Part shown: positions 59,418-64,000 of the stretch, piece after piece
How positions within the stretch are numbered: the stretch's first letter is position 1
Layout of the letters: each line of letters starts with the position of its first letter
The notes under the pieces: generated by a model
What the model was told of the DNA's origin: nothing
The model's database searches: none
What the model saw: only the letters and a program-made list of their open reading frames with translations
Made by a program: the position numbers and the translations under genes
Assembly (NCBI GenBank): GCA_965198625.1
Contig: OZ240667.1
Span: 3,967,669-4,031,668, forward strand
Source of the DNA: an uncultured Granulicella sp.
GTDB lineage: Bacteria > Acidobacteriota > Terriglobia > Terriglobales > Acidobacteriaceae
Reading direction: 5' to 3'
DNA length: 64,000 nucleotides

Positions 59418-61874
59418 GTGAGTACGCTTTTCAGAGACGAGGAGCAGGCTCCAGAGGTTGAGGCGGAGACGCGCCGGGAGCGCTGGCTGCGGGTGTGGCG
59501 GCGGGTGACGCTGCGAGGGCCGGATTATCCGAACCGTAAGATGGCGGCGCGCCGGACGTTCTGGCTGCTGCTGGGGCTTGCGGCGGTGTTTGGCGCGATG
59601 TGCGGGCTGGTGGTGGTGTACTCGATCGAGCTGCCGCAGATGGAAGACCTGGCCAAGTACCGGCCGAATACGACCACCGAGCTGCTGGATGTTCACGGCA
59701 AGGAGATCGGCTCGTTTGCGCTGGAGCGGCGGGTCGTGATCCCGTATACGGACATTCCGCAGGTGTTGAAGGACGCGATCATCTCGATCGAGGACAAGAG
59801 TTTTGAGCGGAACTGGGGGATCAACCTCTCGCGGGCGGTGGAGGCGGCGTATGAGGATGTGCACTCGCACAGCAAGGCGCAGGGATCGTCGACGCTGACG
59901 ATGCAGCTGGCAAGGAACCTGTTCCTGTCGTCGCAGAAGACGTACAGCCGCAAGCTGCAGGAGATCTTCCTGACGGTGCAGATTGAGCGGCGGTTTACGA
60001 AGGAACAGATCCTGACGCTGTACGTGAACCAGATCTACCTCGGGCGAGGCCGGTACGGGTTCGAGGCGGGCAGCGAGTACTACTTCTCAAAGCATGTGAA
60101 GGACCTGACGCTGGCAGAGGCGGCGCTGCTGGCGGCGCTGCCCAAGGGCCCGGAGTATTACTCGCCGCTGCGGGACCCGGACAGGGCGCTGCGGCGGCGG
60201 AATCTGGTGCTGACGGAGATGGCGCTGGATCGCAAGATTACGCCGGAGCAGGAGGCGGAGGCCAAGGCCGAGCCGCTGCGGTTGAAGATCGAAACGCCGC
60301 CCAACAGCGTGGCGCCGTACTTCGTGGAGGAGGTGCGGCGGCAGCTCGAGAAGGAGTATGGTGTCGACGAGGTGCATGGGGCCGGGCTGCGGGTGTACAC
60401 GACGCTGGACCTCGACCTGCAGAATGTCGCCAACAAGGCGGTGCTGGACGGGACGGCGCGGTATGAGCGGCGGCATGGGTGGAAGGGCGGGCTGCAGAAT
60501 GTGGTGCAGGCGGGGCTGGACCCGGAGACCTACCGGCATCCGGACTGGTCGCAGGCGGTGGTGGCGGGGGAGTACATCCACGGGATGGTGACGCGGGTGG
60601 CGCCGAAGAGCGTGACGGTGAAGGTGGGCGAGCAGAGCGTGACGATGGGGCCGGCGGACTGGGTGTGGACGCAGAAGCGCTCGGCGGACGAGTTCCTGAG
60701 AATGGGCGACCTGGTGTATGTGCGGGTGGAGCAGATAGCGCCGGACGGGGAGGGCAAGGCGAGCCTGCAGCAGGATACGGGCGTGCAGGGGTCGATGATG
60801 GCCGTGGACAACTCGAACGGCGAGGTGCTGGCGATGGTGGGCGGGCGGGACTTTGCGCTGAGCCAGTTCAACCGGGCGACGCAGTCGCAGCGGCAGGTGG
60901 GCTCGTCGTTCAAGCCGTATGTGTATACGGCGGCGATGGAATCGGGGATGAAACCGAGCGACATCGTGGTGGATGGTCCGGTGTCGTTCTACACGCCGAA
61001 CGGGCCTTATACGCCGCATAACTACGAGCCGGACTGGCGGGGACCGATGACGCTGCTGCAGGCGTTCGCAGAGTCGCGGAATATCCCGGCGCTGAAGCTG
61101 GCGGATAAAGTAGGGATCCGGACGGTGATCGCGGTGGCGAAGCGCTTTGGGATCACGAGCAATCTGCCGCCGTTTCTGCCGATTGCCATTGGGGCGGCGG
61201 ACATCACGCTGGCTGAACAGGTCGGGGCGTACAGCGTGTTTCCAAACGACGGGATCCGGATTGAGCCGCACTACATCCGCAAGGTGACGCAGGCGGACGG
61301 GGTGCCGCTGGATGCGCCGAACCCGACGGTGAACGAGGTGATCTCGGTGGAGACGGCGCGGACGATGATGACGTTGCTGAAGGCGGTGACGACGTATGGG
61401 ACGGGCGCGGCGGCGGCGGCGCTGAACCATCCGCTGGGCGGCAAGACGGGGACCACGAACGATTTTACGGATGCGTGGTTTATCGGGTTTTCGCCGTCGG
61501 TTACATGCGGGACGTGGATCGGGTTCGACGACCGGCAATCGCTGGGCAAGGGCGAGCAGGGGGCGAAGGCGGCGCTGCCGATGTGGATGGACTTCATGAA
61601 GGCGGCGATCGAGGGCAAGGACGACGAGCAGTTCCCGACGGCGGGAGCGCCGAAGAAGGTGCTGGCGGTGCAGGTGACATCGGCGGATGAGGCGAAGAAG
61701 CCGGAGAAGATGGAGGAACCGCCTGATCCGGATGCGCCGCCGGATGCCAGCCCGGCGCATCCGGATGCGGTAGCGCCGGTGCCGATTGTGCGGCCGGTGG
61801 TGCCGGTCGTGCCGCCGGCGGCGCCGCCGAGTGCGGCTCCGGGGACTCCGCCGAGTGCGGCTCCGCCGTGGTGA
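59418..61874 (+). CDS. Class A penicillin-binding protein (PBP1A family)
   Basis: EDKSF, QGSSTLTMQL, RKLQE glycosyltransferase motifs; SSFK, SRN, KTGT transpeptidase motifs; start uncertain. Confidence 0.93.
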   Translation: MSTLFRDEEQAPEVEAETRRERWLRVWRRVTLRGPDYPNRKMAARRTFWLLLGLAAVFGAMCGLVVVYSIELPQMEDLAKYRPNTTTELLDVHGKEIGSFALERRVVIPYTDIPQVLKDAIISIEDKSFERNWGINLSRAVEAAYEDVHSHSKAQGSSTLTMQLARNLFLSSQKTYSRKLQEIFLTVQIERRFTKEQILTLYVNQIYLGRGRYGFEAGSEYYFSKHVKDLTLAEAALLAALPKGPEYYSPLRDPDRALRRRNLVLTEMALDRKITPEQEAEAKAEPLRLKIETPPNSVAPYFVEEVRRQLEKEYGVDEVHGAGLRVYTTLDLDLQNVANKAVLDGTARYERRHGWKGGLQNVVQAGLDPETYRHPDWSQAVVAGEYIHGMVTRVAPKSVTVKVGEQSVTMGPADWVWTQKRSADEFLRMGDLVYVRVEQIAPDGEGKASLQQDTGVQGSMMAVDNSNGEVLAMVGGRDFALSQFNRATQSQRQVGSSFKPYVYTAAMESGMKPSDIVVDGPVSFYTPNGPYTPHNYEPDWRGPMTLLQAFAESRNIPALKLADKVGIRTVIAVAKRFGITSNLPPFLPIAIGAADITLAEQVGAYSVFPNDGIRIEPHYIRKVTQADGVPLDAPNPTVNEVISVETARTMMTLLKAVTTYGTGAAAAALNHPLGGKTGTTNDFTDAWFIGFSPSVTCGTWIGFDDRQSLGKGEQGAKAALPMWMDFMKAAIEGKDDEQFPTAGAPKKVLAVQVTSADEAKKPEKMEEPPDPDAPPDASPAHPDAVAPVPIVRPVVPVVPPAAPPSAAPGTPPSAAPPW

Positions 61875-61936
61875 GGGTCATCTAGAGACGCTTCGGGCTG
61901 CCTGCTCCTGGGTAGCTTCAGTCAAGAGCAACGGCG

Positions 61937-62292
61937 GATGCAGGTCCTTCGACTCGGCTTTGCCTCGCTCAGGATGACAGGGGATTGTGGCGGGAACGGT
62001 GGGAGGGTTGAGGCAGGGCGATGGGGGTCGGGGTCCTTCGGCTGCGGCGCTGTGCGCCTTCGCTCAGGATGACGACGGGTTGTGGGGGGGAGCTGAGATG
62101 CAGGTCCTTCGACTCGGCTTTGCCTCGCTCAGGATGACAAGGGGTGGGAAGGGTTGGGAAGGGTTGGGGTAGGGCGAAGGGAGTCGGGGTCCTTCGGCTG
62201 CGGCGCGTTGCGCCTTCGCTCAGGATGACGAAGGGTTGTGGGGGTTTGAATGCGGGTCCTTCGACTCGGCTTGCCTCGCTCAGGATGACAGA
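61937..62292 (+). repeat. Five-unit REP-like array (GGTCCTTCG...TCGCTCAGGATGAC) in A-B-A-B-A order
   Basis: Units near 61937, 62030, 62097, 62186 and 62251, between convergent genes. Confidence 0.92.
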
Positions 62293-62381
62293 GCAGGGTT
62301 GAACAGAGCAGGGTGATGGCGGATCAGGTCGGACACAGCGGTGTGAGGGCAGAGCGTGGAGAGGGTATTCGGATCGTTGGG

Positions 62382-63593
62382 TTAGACGAGGGCCTGGTAG
62401 ACGAGCTGCTGGAGGAGGGAGCGGTAGCGGATGCGCTCGGCGGGGGCTTGCGTCATGAGGATGACGACGAGCTGCTGCTGGGGGTCGATCCAGAAGGTGG
62501 TGCCCAGGGCGCCGCCCCAGGAGAACGTGCCGAGGCTTCCGGGCAAGGGGTTGCCGCCGAGACGGGTGCGGACGCCTACGCCGAGGCCGTAGCCGTGGCC
62601 CATGGCGGGCATGGGGGCGCCGGCGCCGAGCAGGGGGAGCGTGATGGGATCGTAGGCGACGCCGGGCGGAAGGTGGTCGCTGGCCATGAGGCGGATGGAG
62701 GAGGGCGCGAGGTAGCGGCGGCCGTCGAGGTGGCCTTCGTTCAGGAGCATGTGGCAGAAGCGGAGATAGTCGGGGGCGGTCGAGGCGAGGCCTGCGCCGC
62801 CGGCCTCCCAACGTGGGGCGATGAGGGGGTTGGTGAGGAGAAGATTGTTGGTGGTGGGATCGGGCTCGGCGATGCGGCCGCCGGCGTGGGGCACGGCGAA
62901 GCCGGTGTCGGACATGCCGAGGGGTGCGAGGAGGCGCTCGCGCAGGAAGTCGCCCAGGGTCTGGCCGCTGAGCACTTCGACGATGCGTCCGAGAACGTCT
63001 GTGGACATGCCGTAGTCGAAGGTGGTGCCGGGGTGGTAGGCGAGGGGGAGCCGCGCGAGCTTCGTGACCATCTCTGCGTTGGTGTTATCGAAGGAGAAGA
63101 CGCCGGCTTCGTTGTACATGGTGCGCAGGGGCGAGGCGCCGAAGAAGCCGTAGGTGAGCCCGGAGGTGTGGCGCATGAGGTCCTGCACGGTCATGGGGCG
63201 GGCGGGATCGACGAGGGTGAGGGCGCCGGCGCTGTCGTTGAGGCCGACCTTCACGTGCTCGAACTCGGGCAGGTAGCGGGCGACGGGGTCGGCGATGAGC
63301 AGCTTGCCTTCCTCGGCGAGCATCAGGGCGGCGACGCAGGTGAGGGGCTTGGTCATGGAGGCGATGCGGAAGACGGAGTCGACGGCCATGGGGCTGGCGG
63401 CGTCGCGATCGCGAAAGCCGAGGGCCAGCTGCAGGAGGGTTTCGCTGTGGCGGGCGATCATGAGGACGGCTCCGGGAAGCCGGCCGGCGTCGACCTCGGC
63501 CTGGAAGACGGAGGGGAGGCGGCTGAGACGCTGGGGATGGAAGTCGAGCTGCGAAGGCTGGAGTGCTGCAGGGACGGCGCCGGATGAGGTCAT
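62382..63593 (-). CDS. Beta-lactamase-family serine hydrolase
   Basis: FRIASMTK (SxxK), HTSGL, YGMSTD, WGGALGT. Confidence 0.92.
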   Translation of the reverse strand: MTSSGAVPAALQPSQLDFHPQRLSRLPSVFQAEVDAGRLPGAVLMIARHSETLLQLALGFRDRDAASPMAVDSVFRIASMTKPLTCVAALMLAEEGKLLIADPVARYLPEFEHVKVGLNDSAGALTLVDPARPMTVQDLMRHTSGLTYGFFGASPLRTMYNEAGVFSFDNTNAEMVTKLARLPLAYHPGTTFDYGMSTDVLGRIVEVLSGQTLGDFLRERLLAPLGMSDTGFAVPHAGGRIAEPDPTTNNLLLTNPLIAPRWEAGGAGLASTAPDYLRFCHMLLNEGHLDGRRYLAPSSIRLMASDHLPPGVAYDPITLPLLGAGAPMPAMGHGYGLGVGVRTRLGGNPLPGSLGTFSWGGALGTTFWIDPQQQLVVILMTQAPAERIRYRSLLQQLVYQALV

Positions 63594-64000
63594 GATTCGA
63601 CCGTATCACCGGCGCGGGGCAGGTTGGGCAGGAGGCAACGGGCGAGGCCGAAGTAGCGGGTGGCGCGGCGGACGTCGCGGCCGATCTGTTCGCGAAGAGC
63701 TTCGGGGGATGGGAAGCGGAGTTCGGTGCGAAGGCGTTTGAGGAAGGTGAGCTCGAGCGGGGTGTCCTGGGTGAGGTCGATGGGGTGGAAGTCGAGCAGG
63801 TGGGATTCGACGGCGAAGGAGTCGGGGCCGAAGGTGGGGCGGTTGCCGACGTTGGTGACGGCCTCGAAGCACTCGCGGGCCGGGCCGGAGCCGACGTAGA
63901 GGGTGGTGATGTAGACGCCGTTGGCGGGCAGGAGCTCGGTGTAGGGGGCGAGGTTGATGGTGGGAACGGCGTAGCGGGTGCCGTAGCCGCGGCCGCGGGC
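63590..64000 (-). CDS. ribF: Riboflavin kinase/FAD synthetase, 3' portion (runs off the window)
   Basis: Manual translation: GRGYG..VPTINL, PANGVY, NVGNRPTF, VESHLLDF, LRTELRF; TGA overlaps the next ATG (ATGA); this frame is absent from the ORF track. Confidence 0.92.
   Translation of the reverse strand, partial: ARGRGYGTRYAVPTINLAPYTELLPANGVYITTLYVGSGPARECFEAVTNVGNRPTFGPDSFAVESHLLDFHPIDLTQDTPLELTFLKRLRTELRFPSPEALREQIGRDVRRATRYFGLARCLLPNLPRAGDTVES

Noticed and set aside
61937-62292. CRISPR array
   Set aside because: Repeats alternate between two types, spacers resemble each other and are low-complexity, and no cas genes are present.

Overview
This is a high-GC bacterial chromosome segment. 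Oar-type TonB receptors, Tat-exported amidases and the repeat families suggest Acidobacteriota (inference). 1-9205 is the right end of a visibly lower-GC genomic island closed by a tRNA-Phe 3' fragment (att site). Its cargo is DinB, a cNMP-domain thioredoxin-reductase-like protein, a beta-carbonic anhydrase, NmrA, a DHA2 MFS pump, a retropepsin-like protein lacking both catalytic Asp, a DUF1016 pseudogene and an AAA-DUF4143 ATPase. 9.7-29.3 kb holds GH27, HxlR and two TonB-receptor nutrient loci: amidase / TBDR-S9-amidase-amidase, and TBDR-metallophosphoesterase-PI-PLC-like. 30.8-38.3 kb is the first half of the dcw cluster (mraZ-rsmH-ftsL-ftsI-murE-murF), with no mraY after it. 38.8-57.8 kb contains hydrolases, ssb, cyaY, a GT2, a metalloprotease, leucine/acyl-CoA catabolism genes, a perfect parS palindrome and GH28. 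58-64 kb contains an S41/CtpA homologue whose catalytic Ser and Lys are both substituted, PBP1A, a higher-order REP-like array, a serine hydrolase and the 3' part of ribF. The plus strand switches from strongly C-rich to strongly G-rich between about 54.5 and 58 kb, next to parS. All calls come from reading motifs by eye; no database searches were run.
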